Of a stretch of DNA of 64,000 nt, positions 32,040 through 43,600 are shown in pieces. This DNA comes from an uncultured Actinomycetes bacterium (GTDB lineage: Bacteria; Actinomycetota; Acidimicrobiia; IMCC26256; PALSA-610). Each line of letters begins with the position of its first letter. Within the stretch, counting starts at the first letter, position 1. A program made the translations under genes and the position numbers. The notes under the pieces are model-generated. The model worked only from the letters and a program-made list of their open reading frames with translations. It was not told the DNA's origin and did no database searches. Location of the stretch: assembly GCA_963708105.1 (NCBI GenBank), contig OY970186.1:751790-815789 (forward strand). Direction: 5' to 3'.

Positions 32040-33126
32040 GGCAGCACGACGAGGTCGTCGCGGTGCACGACCTCCTCGGGTGATCCCGGCGGCAGGTCGG
32101 TCGTCCGCTTGCCCACGACGTCGCGCAACTGCTCGGCGCTGTAGCGACACAGGCCCTTGGCAAACACGCGCCCGTCGTCACCGATGATCTCGACGGGCGC
32201 ATCAGGCTCGAACGCACCGTCGACCACGCGTACGCCCGCCGCGAGGAGCGACTTCCCGCCGTCGACCAGCGCGCGCCGGGCGCCCGCGTCGACCGAGATG
32301 CGTCCGACCGAACCCTGCGCGAACGCGATCCAGAGCTTGCGCGACGACAGCCGCGTGCTGCGCGGCGCGAACGATGTGCCGACCGCGCGCCCGGCCAGTG
32401 CATCGGCGATCACTTCGGGCACACTCGCCGACGCGATCACCGCACGCACACCCGACCACGACGCGATCTTCGCCGCGGCCAACTTGCTCGCCATGCCACC
32501 GCTGCCGCGCTCGGTCCCGGCACCACCCGCGGCGCGTTCAACGCGTCGTCGACCTCGACGATCTCCTCGATGAGCGATGCATCGGAGTCGAGCCGGGGAT
32601 CGGCGGTGAACACCCCGCCCATGTCGGTGAGCAACAGGAGCGTGTCGGCGTAGACGAGATGCGAGACGAGCGCCGCGAGCCGATCGTTGTCGCCGTAGCG
32701 GATCTCGTCGTCGGCGACGGTGTCGTTCTCGTTGACGATCGCGAGCACACCCAACTCGCGCAGGCGCTGCAACGTGGCCCGCGCGTGCAGATACTGGTTG
32801 CGGTGCGCGAAGTCGTAGGGCGTGAGCAACACCTGCCCCGCGACGATTCCGTGCGCACCGAGCAGCGCGTTCATCCGTTCGAACAACAACGGTTGTCCGA
32901 CCGCCGCGATCGCCTGCAGCGTTCCGATATCGGTCGGGCGCCGTTCGAGACCCAGCGCGGGCATGCCGGTGGCGATCGCCCCCGACATCACGAGCACGAT
33001 GTCGAAGCCCGCGGCGCGCGCGGTCGCGAGATCGCCGGCCAGCTTCGCCAACGCGTCGCCGTCGAGCTCGCCCGACTCCTTCGCGATCGACGACGTGCCG
33101 ATCTTCACGACGGCAACCGAGCCCAC
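32036..33126 (-). CDS. proB: Glutamate 5-kinase; apparent frameshift ~32530
   Basis: VVKIGTSS, SGAI, NENDTV, GDNDRL, GGMASKL, PUA domain ending VHRDDL. Confidence 0.94.
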
Positions 33127-34365
33127 TAGGCCGGCTCCTCGTAGATCAGCTCGTGGTCGCCGATGTGCACGACATCTCCGTCGGCCGCGCCGGCCTTGGC
33201 CAAAGCCTTCTCGACGCCCATCCGTTGCAGCTTCTGTTGGATGTAGGCCATTGCTTCGGGGTTCGTGAGGTCGGCGAGCGCGACCGGCGCGTTCGGCCGG
33301 ACGGCCCTGTACCCGCCACTGCCGCGGGCCCTCACTCAGCACGGAGAAACCCTGTTCTTCGGGCCGGAACACCACGTACGGCTCGTTTTTGCCTTCGGCC
33401 TCGCGCGCATCCTCGATCAGCGTGGCCAGTTGGCCGCGGAACTCGTCGAGCCCGGCCCGGGTCACGCTCGCGATACGCATGCCGTCGAACGCGATGTCGG
33501 GGGCGGCGACGTCGGCCTTGCTGCCCACGACGATGCGCGGCCGTTCCAACAACTCGGGCCGGTACCGACCCAACTCGTCGAGCAGCACCCGTTCCTGTTC
33601 GGCGGGCGAACGACCGTCGACCGGCGCTAGGTCGATGAGGATCACCAACACGCGCGCCCGTTCGATGTGGCGCAGGAACTGGTGGCCGAGACCGCGACCC
33701 TCGGCCGCGCCTTCGATGAGGCCGGGGATGTCGGCGAGCACGAACTCGTGGTCTTGCCAACGCACGACGCCGAGATGCGGTTCGAGCGTGGTGAACGGAT
33801 AGTCGGCGATCTTGGGCTTGGCCGCGCTGACCACGGAGATGAGCGTCGACTTCCCCGCATTGGGAAAGCCGACCAGCGCGGCGTCGGCGAGCAGCTTGAG
33901 CTCGAGCTTCAGCCAACGTTCTTCGCCGTACTCGCCCTGCTCGGCGAAGCTCGGCGCGCGCCGTGCGTTCGAGAGGAACCGCGCGTTGCCGCGGCCACCT
34001 TGTCCGCCGCGCGCGGCCAGCCACGTGTCGCCGTGATTGAGGAGGTCGGCGAGGAGCTCCCCGTCCATCGAACGCACGACGGTTCCTTCGGGCACATCGA
34101 CGACGAGATCGCCGCCGCCCTTGCCGTGCAACTTCTGGCCCTTGCCGTGCGTACCCGAGCCCGCTTTGCGATGCGGATGGTCGCGGAACGCGAGCAACGA
34201 GGCGACGTTGCGATTGGCGCGCAGCCAAACGTCGCCACCCCGCCCACCGTCGCCGCCGTCGGGGCCACCTTTCGGCACGTGCGACTCGCGCCGGAACCCG
34301 ACACAGCCCGCGCCGCCGTCGCCACCCTTCACGTTGCTCTGTGCGATATCGACGAAGCCGGCCAT
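33126..34365 (-). CDS. obgE: GTPase Obg; apparent frameshift ~33285
   Basis: GGPDGGDGG, GFPNAGKS, YPFTTL, DIPGLIEGA, C-terminal GV..AL..AGA.DGD. Confidence 0.95.
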
Positions 34366-34408
34366 GCAATGACCAGGATACGGAGCCCGGGGGCCATATC
34401 CTCCGTTT

Positions 34409-34906
34409 GTGGGTCGCTTCGGTCTGGTTCTCGCCCCTGCCCTCGTTCTCATTGCGCTCACGGGCTGCAGCAGCGGACACAAGAAGACGGATCCGACCAC
34501 GAGCACCGAGTCGTCCTCGGTGTCGTCGTCGGTCCCGGAGATCACGATCGGGACCGAACCCCCGACGACCACCGCGTCGGCGTCGACGTCGCTGCCGGCG
34601 GTGACGATCGGCACCGAACCTCCGACGACGACGAGGAGCCGCGTCACGATCGGCTCGTTCGTGATCAGCCCGTCGACGCCGGTCTGCAACTCGCCGACCG
34701 AGATTCAACTCTCGTGGATCGCGACCGGGGCCACCTCGGTCGATCTCCTGATCGACGGCGCGAAGTTCTCGAGCTTCCCGAGTGGTCAGCAGACGCATCT
34801 CGAATACTTCGCCTGCGACGGGCACACGCACATCTACAAGCTCGTCGCCCGCGCCGGTTCGAGCACCGCCAGCGTCGCGAAATCCGTGAGCTCGGTCTCG
34901 CCCTAA
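34409..34906 (+). CDS. Ser/Thr-rich lipoprotein
   Basis: Lipobox LTGC; duplicated TIGTEPPTTT; TATCCT 6 nt before GTG. Confidence 0.7.
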   Translation: MGRFGLVLAPALVLIALTGCSSGHKKTDPTTSTESSSVSSSVPEITIGTEPPTTTASASTSLPAVTIGTEPPTTTRSRVTIGSFVISPSTPVCNSPTEIQLSWIATGATSVDLLIDGAKFSSFPSGQQTHLEYFACDGHTHIYKLVARAGSSTASVAKSVSSVSP

Positions 34907-35475
34907 GCCTTCTTCGCCGCGGCTTTCATCGCCTGCTTCTTGCGGCGGATCTCGAGTACGCGCTCGAACGAGTCGACATCGGCGATCGACGGCCAGTCGG
35001 CGGCCACCACTTCCCAACCGGGCGGGCGCACGCCGAGGCGCTTGCCGAGCAGCCCGACGAAGATGCGCGCCTTCGCCGTACCGAAGCCGGGCAACGCGAC
35101 CACCCGCGCGAACAGCTCGTCGCCGTTCGCCGCGCCTTCCCACACGCCCTCGGCTCGACCGCCGTGGTTGTCGACCAGGAACGCGCACAGGGCATGGGTG
35201 CGCTTGGCCATCGAGCCGGGATAGCGATGCAGCGCCGGGCGTTCCCGGAAGATCGCCTCGAGATCGTCGGGATCCATGCGGGCGATCGCGGCCGCGTCGA
35301 GCGGCTGCCCGCCGAGGCGCCGCTTCAAGAGCAGCGGGGCGTTGAAGGCCCATTCCATCGGAACCTGCTGGTCAAGGAGCATGCCGATCATCGCGGCCAG
35401 GGGTTCGGCGGCCAGCAACCGGTTCGCTTCGGCGTCGGGCGTGAAGTGCAACGCCTCGGGTACGGCTCCAGGCAT
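34903..35475 (-). CDS. HhH-GPD-type base excision repair protein
   Basis: GMLLDQQVPMEWAF, PALHRYPGSMA, LPGFG..KA.IF, SIADVD. Confidence 0.9.
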   Translation of the reverse strand: MPGAVPEALHFTPDAEANRLLAAEPLAAMIGMLLDQQVPMEWAFNAPLLLKRRLGGQPLDAAAIARMDPDDLEAIFRERPALHRYPGSMAKRTHALCAFLVDNHGGRAEGVWEGAANGDELFARVVALPGFGTAKARIFVGLLGKRLGVRPPGWEVVAADWPSIADVDSFERVLEIRRKKQAMKAAAKKA

Positions 35476-35580
35476 GGCCAAAGCCTAGGACGCGGGCCCC
35501 GGGCCCGATCCGGGCGCCCAGCCTCAACGACTAAGCTGACCCATCCTGAAATCTCGTCTCGACGATTCCAGGGGAGCGAT

Positions 35581-37946
35581 TTGCAAGACCAAGCGGACCC
35601 CCAAACGGACCCGGAGCTGGCGGCCGAACAGGCCTATGTGACGGCGGCCTATGCGCGGCTCGAGGCGATGCGGGCGGCGGCCGAACGGGTCCGGACCGCG
35701 TACGCCGACGTGCGCGCAGGCGGGACCCACCAGGCCCGCCTGGAGCGGGATATCGCCTGGGACGTGACCCAGCGCCGGCTGGCCGAGCTCGAGATCGGCG
35801 ACTCGCCCCTGGTGTTCGGCCGCCTCGACCTGGAGCGGGGCGTGCGCTGGTACGTCGGGCGCCTGGCCGTGGAAGACGACGCCCACACTCCCCTCGTCGT
35901 CGACTGGCGCGCCCCCGTGGCCGAGCCGTTCTACCGGGCGACCGCGGTCGAGCCGATGTCGGTCGTCCGGCGCCGCCACCTCATCACCCGCAAGGGCCGC
36001 GAGGTCACCGCCCTCGACGACGAGGTCTTCGACCAGGATGCCGTGGAAGACGAAGGCCTCGGGGTCTCGGGCGAGGGCGCGTTGCTCGCCGCGCTGGAGC
36101 GCAACCGCACCGGCCGCATGGGCGACATCGTCGCCACGATCCAAGCCGAACAAGACGAAGCGATCCGCGCCGACGTGCACGGCGTGCTGGTCGTCGGCGG
36201 CGGGCCGGGAACGGGCAAGACCGCGGTCGCCCTGCACCGCGCCGCGTACCTGCTCTACACGCACCGGCGCCGGCTCGCGAATCAAGGTGTGCTGCTGATC
36301 GGGCCCAGCCCGGTGTTCCTGCGGTACATCGAGCAGGTACTGCCGTCGCTCGGCGAACAAGACGTGCAGCTCTCGACCATCTCCGGGTTGAAGCCGCGCA
36401 TGCGGGTGGTCGCCACCGACACCGCGCGCCGCGGCCGAGCTCAAGGGCGACGCGCGCATGGCCCGCGTCATCCAACGCGCGGTCACCGACCGCGAACGCC
36501 CGCTGGCGCGCGATCTCTTCGTCCTGATCGACGGTTTGCGCGTGCGCGTGTCGCGCACCGACACCGCCCGCGTCATCGAAGGAACCCGCCGGCGGCGCAA
36601 CACGCACAACGAGAACCGCCAGTACGTGGCGCGGCGGCTCTCCGACCTGTTGGTCGCGCGCTACAAGAACGCGGCGATCCGCGCGTACCGCGAGCGCGGC
36701 ATCGGTTCCGGGCCTGCCGACAACGTCACGAGCCTCTTCGACCGCGACTCCGAGCTCGACGTCAGCGTCGCGGGAACACTCGCGCGCGGCGAACAGCCGC
36801 CCGAAGGGTTGGGAACAGGAATTGCGCGTGCGGCTGCGCGGGCGCCCGGAAGTGAAGGAGGCGCTCGAACGCATGTGGCCGGTGCTCTCCGGCGCGGAGC
36901 TCGTGAACGACCTCTTCGGTTTCCGGGCGCTGGTTCGGTCGGCCTCGGGCACGATGTTGAACGACGACGAGCAGGAGTTGCTGCACCGCCGCCGCGACCC
37001 CGACGTCTCGCGCGCTCCCTGGACCGAAGCCGACCTCGCCCTCGTCGACGAAGCCGACTCGCTGCTCGGTCCGGTCGAGGCGGCCCGGCCCGCCGTCCGG
37101 CGCCGCAACGGTCGGGGCGGCGACGCGTACGACACCGCGGAACGGGTCCTCGACGATCTCGGCCTGCGGGGCTACGCCGACGCGGCGACCCTCGCGAACC
37201 GTTTCGGCGACGGCTCCGATCCGGGCGCGGTCGTCGAGGCGTCGTTCGAACCCCGCACCTTCGGCCACGTCCTGGTCGACGAGGCGCAGGACCTCACCGC
37301 GATGCAGTGGCGGATGCTGGCTCGGCGCTGCCCGTCGGGCTCGATGACGCTGGTCGGCGATCCCGGGCAAGCCAGCAAGCCCGGCGCGGTCGCGAACTGG
37401 GACGACGTGCTCTCGCACCTCCCGACCCACAACGCCACGCGCGTACGTGTCGCTCAGCATCAACTACCGCACGCCGTCGGAAGTCATGGACGTTGCCTCA
37501 CGGCTGCTCGCGGTCGCGGCTCCCACCGTCGCGCCGTCGCGGTCGGTGCGCAGCACGGGCGAGTATCCCAACTTCGTCGACACCACGCGCGCCGATCTCG
37601 TGGCCACCACCGCCGAGCACACGCGCGGCCGCGCTCGGCGCGCACCGGCGCAGTCGCGGTCATCGCGCCGCCGGCGCTGCACCCGGCGATCGTCGCCGCC
37701 CTGGCCGATGTCGGTGCAGTGTCGACCGCGTCCGAGGCGCTCGACGCGCCCATCGCCGTGATCGACCCCACCAGCGCCAAAGGCCTCGAGTTCGACCACG
37801 TGATCGTGGTGGAGCCCGCGGAACTCGTCAACGCGGACCGAGCCGGGCTCCGACTCCTCTACGTCACCATCACGCGCACGACCAAGACCCTCACGGTCGT
37901 GCACGCCGAAGCGTTGCCCGAAGGCCTCGCCCCCCGCCTCGACTAG
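35581..37946 (+). CDS. HelD/HelR-like SF1 ATPase (RNA polymerase recycling); several apparent frameshifts
   Basis: [45 protein letters not shown]; GGGGAG before TTG. Confidence 0.88.
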
Positions 37947-38212
37947 ACGGCGACGGGTGCGTCGTGGAGAACGATGTCGACGAGCTTGCGGCCGCGCCGG
38001 GTACCGAACTTCACGACGCCGTTCGCCTTGGCGAACAACGTGTCGTCCTTGCCCAGCCCGACGTTGTAGCCGGGGTGGAAGCGCGTGCCGCGCTGGCGCA
38101 CGATGATCGTGCCCGCCGTGACGACTTCGCCGCTGTAACGCTTGACGCCGAGCCGCTGCGAGTTCGAGTCACGACCGTTACGGGAAGAGGCTGCACCCTT
38201 TTTCTTCGACAT
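37943..38212 (-). CDS. rpmA: 50S ribosomal protein L27
   Basis: [26 protein letters not shown]. Confidence 0.98.
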   Translation of the reverse strand: MSKKKGAASSRNGRDSNSQRLGVKRYSGEVVTAGTIIVRQRGTRFHPGYNVGLGKDDTLFAKANGVVKFGTRRGRKLVDIVLHDAPVAV

Positions 38213-38223
38213 GGTCTTCTCCC

Positions 38224-38526
38224 CTAGCCCTTCGTGATTCCGGTGATCTCGATCGTCGAGTAGTGCTGACGATGACCCCAGTGCTTGCGCTCGTTCGACT
38301 TGTTCTTGTACGTGAAGCCCTTGATCTTGGGGCCCTTGGCCTCGCCGACGATCCGGGCGGTCACCGTGGCGGCGCCCAGTTCGGCCGGAGTGGCCAGCAC
38401 GCTCGCACCGTCGACCAGCATCACGGGCCGCAGCGTGACCTCGTCGCCATCGAGGCGCTCGACGTCGAGCCGATCGCCCTCGGTGACGCGGTATTGCTTA
38501 CCGCCGGTGTGGATGACTGCGTACAT
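38224..38526 (-). CDS. rplU: 50S ribosomal protein L21
   Basis: [18 protein letters not shown]. Confidence 0.97.
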   Translation of the reverse strand: MYAVIHTGGKQYRVTEGDRLDVERLDGDEVTLRPVMLVDGASVLATPAELGAATVTARIVGEAKGPKIKGFTYKNKSNERKHWGHRQHYSTIEITGITKG

Positions 38527-38623
38527 GCGCGATGCCTCTTCAGGGTGCTTCTCGGAACCGGGAAAGGATAGCGGACGGCCTGGTAAGGCCACCCACGGGC
38601 CGCTTGGAGCCGATCGGAAGGTG

Positions 38624-40809
38624 CTATTCGAGGAGTGACTCGTCGACCACGAACCCGCGGCCGTTGCAGTGCGGGCAGGTCGACGAGAACGCCTCGACCA
38701 GGCCTTCGGAGACCCGCTTGCGCGTCATCTCGACCAGGCCGAGCTCGGAGATCGGGAAGACCTGGGTGCGGGTCTTGTCCCGGGCCAGGGCCTGGCGGAA
38801 TGCCTCTTCCACCGCCTCGCGGTTGTGGCGGATCTCCATGTCGATGAAGTCGATGACGATGATGCCGCCGATGTCGCGGAGGCGCAGCTCCCGGGCCACG
38901 ACCTCCGCGGCCTCGAGGTTGTTGCGGTACACGGTCTCTTCGAGGTTCGACGTGCCGACGTTCTTGCCGGTGTTGACGTCGATGACCGTCAGCGCCTCGG
39001 TGCGCTCGATGATCAACGATCCACCCGACGGCAACCAGACCTTGCGGTCGAGCGCCTTGTGCAGCTGCTCGTGGACGTGGAACTTCTCGAACACCGGGAG
39101 GTTCTCCGCCGCGGCGTCGTAGAACTCGACGCGTTCCGCGAGCTCGGGCGCGATCGCCTCGATGTAGGAGTTGACCTCTTCGTACATGGTGCGATCGTCG
39201 ATGACGACCCCGCGGAATTCCTTCGTGAACTCCTCGCGGATCAGCCGGATCGCGAGCTGCGGCTCCTTGTAGAGCAGGCTGCCGGTCTTGGCCTTCTTGG
39301 CGATGGTCGAGATCTGCTGCCACTGCGCGTTGAGGCGCAGCATGTCGCGCTCGAGCTCTTCCTCGGTCGCGCCTTCGGCCGCGGTCCGCACGATCAGACC
39401 GGCGTCGGCCGGGCGCAGCCGGTCGAGGACGCGCCGCAGACGCTTGCGCTCGTCGTCGGGCAGGCGCTTCGAGATGCCGTAGGTCTGGGGCTGGCCCGGA
39501 ACCATCACAACGAAGCGCCCGGCCAGGCTGACCTCTTGGGTCAGGCGCGCGCCCTTGTGCGCGATGGGGTTCTTGGTCACCTGCACGGTGATGGCCTGGC
39601 CGTTGTGCAGCACCCGCTCGATGCGCGGCTTCTCGCCCTTCTCGCCGCCCTCGACATCGCCGGCGTCGTACGCGACGTCGCCGCGGTACAGCACACCGTT
39701 CTTGGGGGTACCGATGTCGATGAACGCGGCCTCCATGCCCGGCAACACGTTCTGGACGCGGCCGAGGTAGATGTTGCCGTCGATCGAGGTGTTCTCGTCG
39801 GTGGGCGTGGAGATGTAGTGCTCGATCAGCTGGCGGCCTTCGAGCACGCCGATGTGCGCGAATCCGTCGGGGCGCACGTGCACGACCATGAGGTACCGAC
39901 CCGCGGGGCGGCCCTTGCGACTGGTGCCCCGGCGCCGGGAAAGCGTTTCCTCGTCGAGCGAGTCGAGCAGCGCGGTGCCGTCGACATCGACATCGCCGAG
40001 CTCACCGGCGTCGACGTACTGGACCGCACCCCGGCCCGAACCGCCTCCGCCCCGACCCTGGCCACCGCTGCCGACTGGGTGGGCGCCGCAGCCCGGCGCT
40101 GGCCGGTCTGTTCGGGATCCTGGGCTTGGGTGCCCTGACCGCCTTGGCCGCCGCCCTTGCTCCGGCCCCGACCACCGCGGCGCCGGCGCCGCTTCTTGGG
40201 TTGGCCGTCGGGCCCGAGCGCGGGTCCGTCGTCGGCGTTGCGACTGCCGGAGCTCGCGCCGTCGGCTTCGTCACCATTGGCGGTCCCCGCCGCGGGCGCG
40301 GGACGGCTGTCGCCGATCTTCGGGCGCAGAGCCGGCGCGGGCCGGGTCAGGCCGGCGTCCTCCCGGGCCTGTTCGCCGATGTCGTCGTCGGTCAGCCCGC
40401 GATCGGCACTCTCCGCGGTCCAGTCCTCGCTGCCAACGAGTGAGTCACCGGCGTCGTCGTCGGCATCGTCGTCATCATCGGTTTCGCCATCGGAATCGCG
40501 AGCCGTGCCCGCGCCGCCGGTCCGGGCGGCTCCGCCCGCGGTGCTGCCCGGCTTCTTGCGGCCTTGCCCACCCCGGGTTCCGCGGCGGCGCTTCTTGCGC
40601 GGCGCTTCACCGTCGGGCCGGGCTTCGCCATCGGCTCGGGTAGCGCCTGCAGCGCTTGCTTCGGGCGCGCTTGCTTCAGTTGCGTTTCCGTCGGTTGTGT
40701 CCGCGGTCGGCGCGGCGGCGCGGCCGGCGTCAGCCGACGCGCTCGGCGCGTCGGCCTCCACACGCGGCTCGCCGTGCGTCTCGTCCTGCAGACGATTCAG
40801 GTCGGTCAT
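38624..40809 (-). CDS. rne: Ribonuclease E/G with disordered N-terminal extension; apparent frameshift ~40090
   Basis: GNIYLGRVQNVLPGMEAAF, IDVNTG, GGIIVIDFIDM, CPHCNGRG; N-terminal KKRRRGTRGG and acidic tracts. Confidence 0.92.
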
Positions 40810-40821
40810 CGATGCCTTCTC

Positions 40822-41562
40822 TCATGACGCGTATGCCTCAGGCACACGCGGGCGCGTGTCGGCGTCGAGCGGCATCTGCCGCGCGCCGTCGCGCTCGATC
40901 CATTGGTGTGTACGCCGCGCCCGGGTCTCGGTGAAGTCGCCAATTGCTGCGAGCACCTCACCCGGCTTCGCGCCGCGCGGTTGCGTTGTGAGTTCCATCT
41001 CGACAGCAGTCGGAAGACCGGCCGCCGAGCTTTCGTCGCACACGATGATGCGACGGATAACGGGCCGCACGTCTTCGATCACGTCGCGGCCCTTGCGCCG
41101 CTTCGTCGTGGGCAGTGCGGGCATTGCCAGAGCGGTATCGATCCGGTCGCGCAGTTGCGCCGGGTCGACCTCCGTCAAGTCGGTGTGGGCGACGTCGACG
41201 CGCCACTCCACCGCGGTCACCGCTTCTTGCAGAGCGGGGGCCCGATCGGCGAGCGCGCGCACACCCACGACCGCGATGCCCTCGGGCAACGCAGGAGTGA
41301 GCCTCGCGGGCAACGTCTCGAGCTCGACCTCTTCGGCGAACACGAGGTCGACGTACTCCGCGTCGCTCTCGTGCCCGGTCGACAACGCCAACCCGAAGCT
41401 CACCTTCGGCCGGGGCGAAAAGCCCTCGGAGAACGCGAGCGGGAGTTGGGCGACGCGAAAGGCGCGTTCCAGCGCCCGGGCCACGTCGCGGTGGCTGATC
41501 CAGCGGACCTTGCCGAGCTTCGTGTACTGAAGCCGGACGGGGTTCGCAGCGCCGCCCCTCAT
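40822..41562 (-). CDS. Radical SAM-linked protein (TIGR03936/DUF2344)
   Basis: K.GKVRWISHRD, FSEGFSPRPKVSF..ALSTG.ES.AEY. Confidence 0.9.
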   Translation of the reverse strand: MRGGAANPVRLQYTKLGKVRWISHRDVARALERAFRVAQLPLAFSEGFSPRPKVSFGLALSTGHESDAEYVDLVFAEEVELETLPARLTPALPEGIAVVGVRALADRAPALQEAVTAVEWRVDVAHTDLTEVDPAQLRDRIDTALAMPALPTTKRRKGRDVIEDVRPVIRRIIVCDESSAAGLPTAVEMELTTQPRGAKPGEVLAAIGDFTETRARRTHQWIERDGARQMPLDADTRPRVPEAYAS

Positions 41563-43538
41563 GACGGCACCTTCGCGGTCACGGTCGGGGACACCTTCGT
41601 GCCCAGGAAGCGCACGGGAACGTCGGCGCCCGACCCGCTCAGGTCCTGGCCCGTGCCCTGCGATCCGCCCGCGGGCGCCAGCGGTGAAGCCACCACGTGC
41701 TCGAGGGCGTAGTCGGTGCACACCCCGCAGTCGTAGCACGGCGTCCACCGGCAATCGGGGAGCCCATGCTCGGCCAGGGCGTTCTGCCACTCGTCCCAGA
41801 GGAAGTCGTGGTGCAGGCCGGCGGCGATGTGCGCCCACGGCAGGATCTCGTCGCGGGTGCGGTGGCGGGTGACGAACCAGTCGGGATCGAGGCCTTCGGC
41901 GTGCATCGCGTCGATCCAGCGCTCGAGCGAGAAGCCCTCGCTCCACTCCTGGAACGTTCCGCCCGCGCGCCATACCCGTTCGATGACCCGGCCGATCCGC
42001 CGGTCGCCACGCGACGCGATGCCCTCCGCGAAGGTGGCTTGCGGGTCGTGCCACTTCACCTGCGCCTTGGTGCCGCGCACCGCGTTGCGCAACAACGTGA
42101 TCTTGCGCTGCAACTCGTCGACACCGTTCTGCCCGAACCACTGGAACGGCGTGTGCGGCTTGGGCACGAACCCGCCGACCGACACCGTGCAGCTCGCCTG
42201 CTTGGTGTACTTGCGCCCGATGTCGGTGACGTTCTTGGCGAGGTTCGCGATGCCGAGGGTGTCCTCGTCCATCTCGGTGGGCAAGCCGGTGAGGAAGTAG
42301 AGCTTCACCCGCCGCCAACCCTGCGAGTACGCGGCGTCGACCGCGGAGTAGAGATCGTCTTCGATGATCAACTTGTTGATCACCTGGCGGAGCCGCCACG
42401 TTCCCGCTTCGGGCGCGAACGTGAGCCCACTCCGGCGCACCTTCTGCAGCTCGCTCGCGATACCGACGGTGAACGCGTCGACGCGCAGGCTCGGCATCGA
42501 CACACTGACGCCGCCGGTGCCTTCCTGGTTCGTGACGAGATCGGCGACGACGCCTTCGATGCCGGAGAAGTCGGCGCTCGACAACGAGGTGAGCGCGACT
42601 TCGTCGTAGCCCGTACGGCGCAGGCCGTCCTTCACCATCGTGCGGACCTGCTCGGCGGGGCGTTCCCGGACCGGGCGCGTGATCATCCCGGCCTGACAGA
42701 ACCGGCACCCGCGGGTGCAGCCCCGGAAGATCTCGACGTTCAGGCGGTCGTGCACGACCTCGACCAGCGGGACGAGCTGCTGTTTGGGATACGGCCACTC
42801 GGCCAGGTCGGCGACGGTGCGCTTGTCGATGACCGCGGGAACGTCGGGATAGCGGGGCGTGATCGAACGGACGACCGGCCCCTCGTACTCGACGTCGTAC
42901 AGCGACGGGACGTAGACGCCGGGGATCGTGGCGAGATCGCGCAACACGGCTTCGCGGCTCGCGCGCCCGCCGCGCTTCCACGCACCGATGACCTCGGCCA
43001 ACTCGGAGATGACTTCCTCACCGTCGCCGATGACGAAGGCGTCGACGTACTCCGCGAGCGGCTCGGGGTTGTACGTGCAGTGACCGCCGGCGATCACGAC
43101 CGGGTGCGACGGCGCCCGATCCTCGTTGCGGACGGGCACGCCCGCGAGATCGACGAGGTTCAACAGGTTCGTGTAGACGAGCTCGGCCGACAGGTTGAAG
43201 GCCAGCACGTCGAAATCGGCCGCGGCCCGGTGCGTGTCGACGCTGAAGAGCGGCACCTTGGCCGCCCGCATCGACGACTCCATGTCGGTCCAGGGCGCGT
43301 AGGCCCGCTCCGCCACCGAGTCTTCGCGCTCGTTGAGCAACTCGTAGAGGATCTGAAGCCCCTGGTTGGGGAGCCCGATCTCGTAGGTGTCGGGATAGAT
43401 CAGGAGAAAGGCCGCCCGGCCGCTCCCATGGCGGGGCGCCAGGTTGCCCGGCTCCGTCCCCATCTCCATACCGATGTAGCGAGCGGGCTTCTCAACCCGG
43501 GCCAGCAGCGGTTCTATCCGCGGCCACAGGTCTGACAT
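41559..43538 (-). CDS. B12-binding radical SAM protein (TIGR03960)
   Basis: VEKPARYIG, YPDTYEIGLPNQG, RGCTRGCRFC, C-terminal CYDCGVC. Confidence 0.93.
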   Translation of the reverse strand: MSDLWPRIEPLLARVEKPARYIGMEMGTEPGNLAPRHGSGRAAFLLIYPDTYEIGLPNQGLQILYELLNEREDSVAERAYAPWTDMESSMRAAKVPLFSVDTHRAAADFDVLAFNLSAELVYTNLLNLVDLAGVPVRNEDRAPSHPVVIAGGHCTYNPEPLAEYVDAFVIGDGEEVISELAEVIGAWKRGGRASREAVLRDLATIPGVYVPSLYDVEYEGPVVRSITPRYPDVPAVIDKRTVADLAEWPYPKQQLVPLVEVVHDRLNVEIFRGCTRGCRFCQAGMITRPVRERPAEQVRTMVKDGLRRTGYDEVALTSLSSADFSGIEGVVADLVTNQEGTGGVSVSMPSLRVDAFTVGIASELQKVRRSGLTFAPEAGTWRLRQVINKLIIEDDLYSAVDAAYSQGWRRVKLYFLTGLPTEMDEDTLGIANLAKNVTDIGRKYTKQASCTVSVGGFVPKPHTPFQWFGQNGVDELQRKITLLRNAVRGTKAQVKWHDPQATFAEGIASRGDRRIGRVIERVWRAGGTFQEWSEGFSLERWIDAMHAEGLDPDWFVTRHRTRDEILPWAHIAAGLHHDFLWDEWQNALAEHGLPDCRWTPCYDCGVCTDYALEHVVASPLAPAGGSQGTGQDLSGSGADVPVRFLGTKVSPTVTAKVPS

Positions 43539-43600
43539 CTCCGAGCAGTGTAGCCCGGGGCGCGCCCCGAGCACGGGTCACCACTGTGCGCGGTCGAGGC

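Noticed and set aside
32437-34689. Apparent Obg-ProB fusion
   Set aside because: Indel near 33285; the Obg C-terminus and stop are in ORF 33126..33335.
35476-35580. Rifamycin-associated element upstream of the HelD/HelR-like gene
   Set aside because: Only a GC-rich GGGCCCCGGGCCC stretch is present; I could not recognise the RAE inverted repeat, so no resistance call is made.
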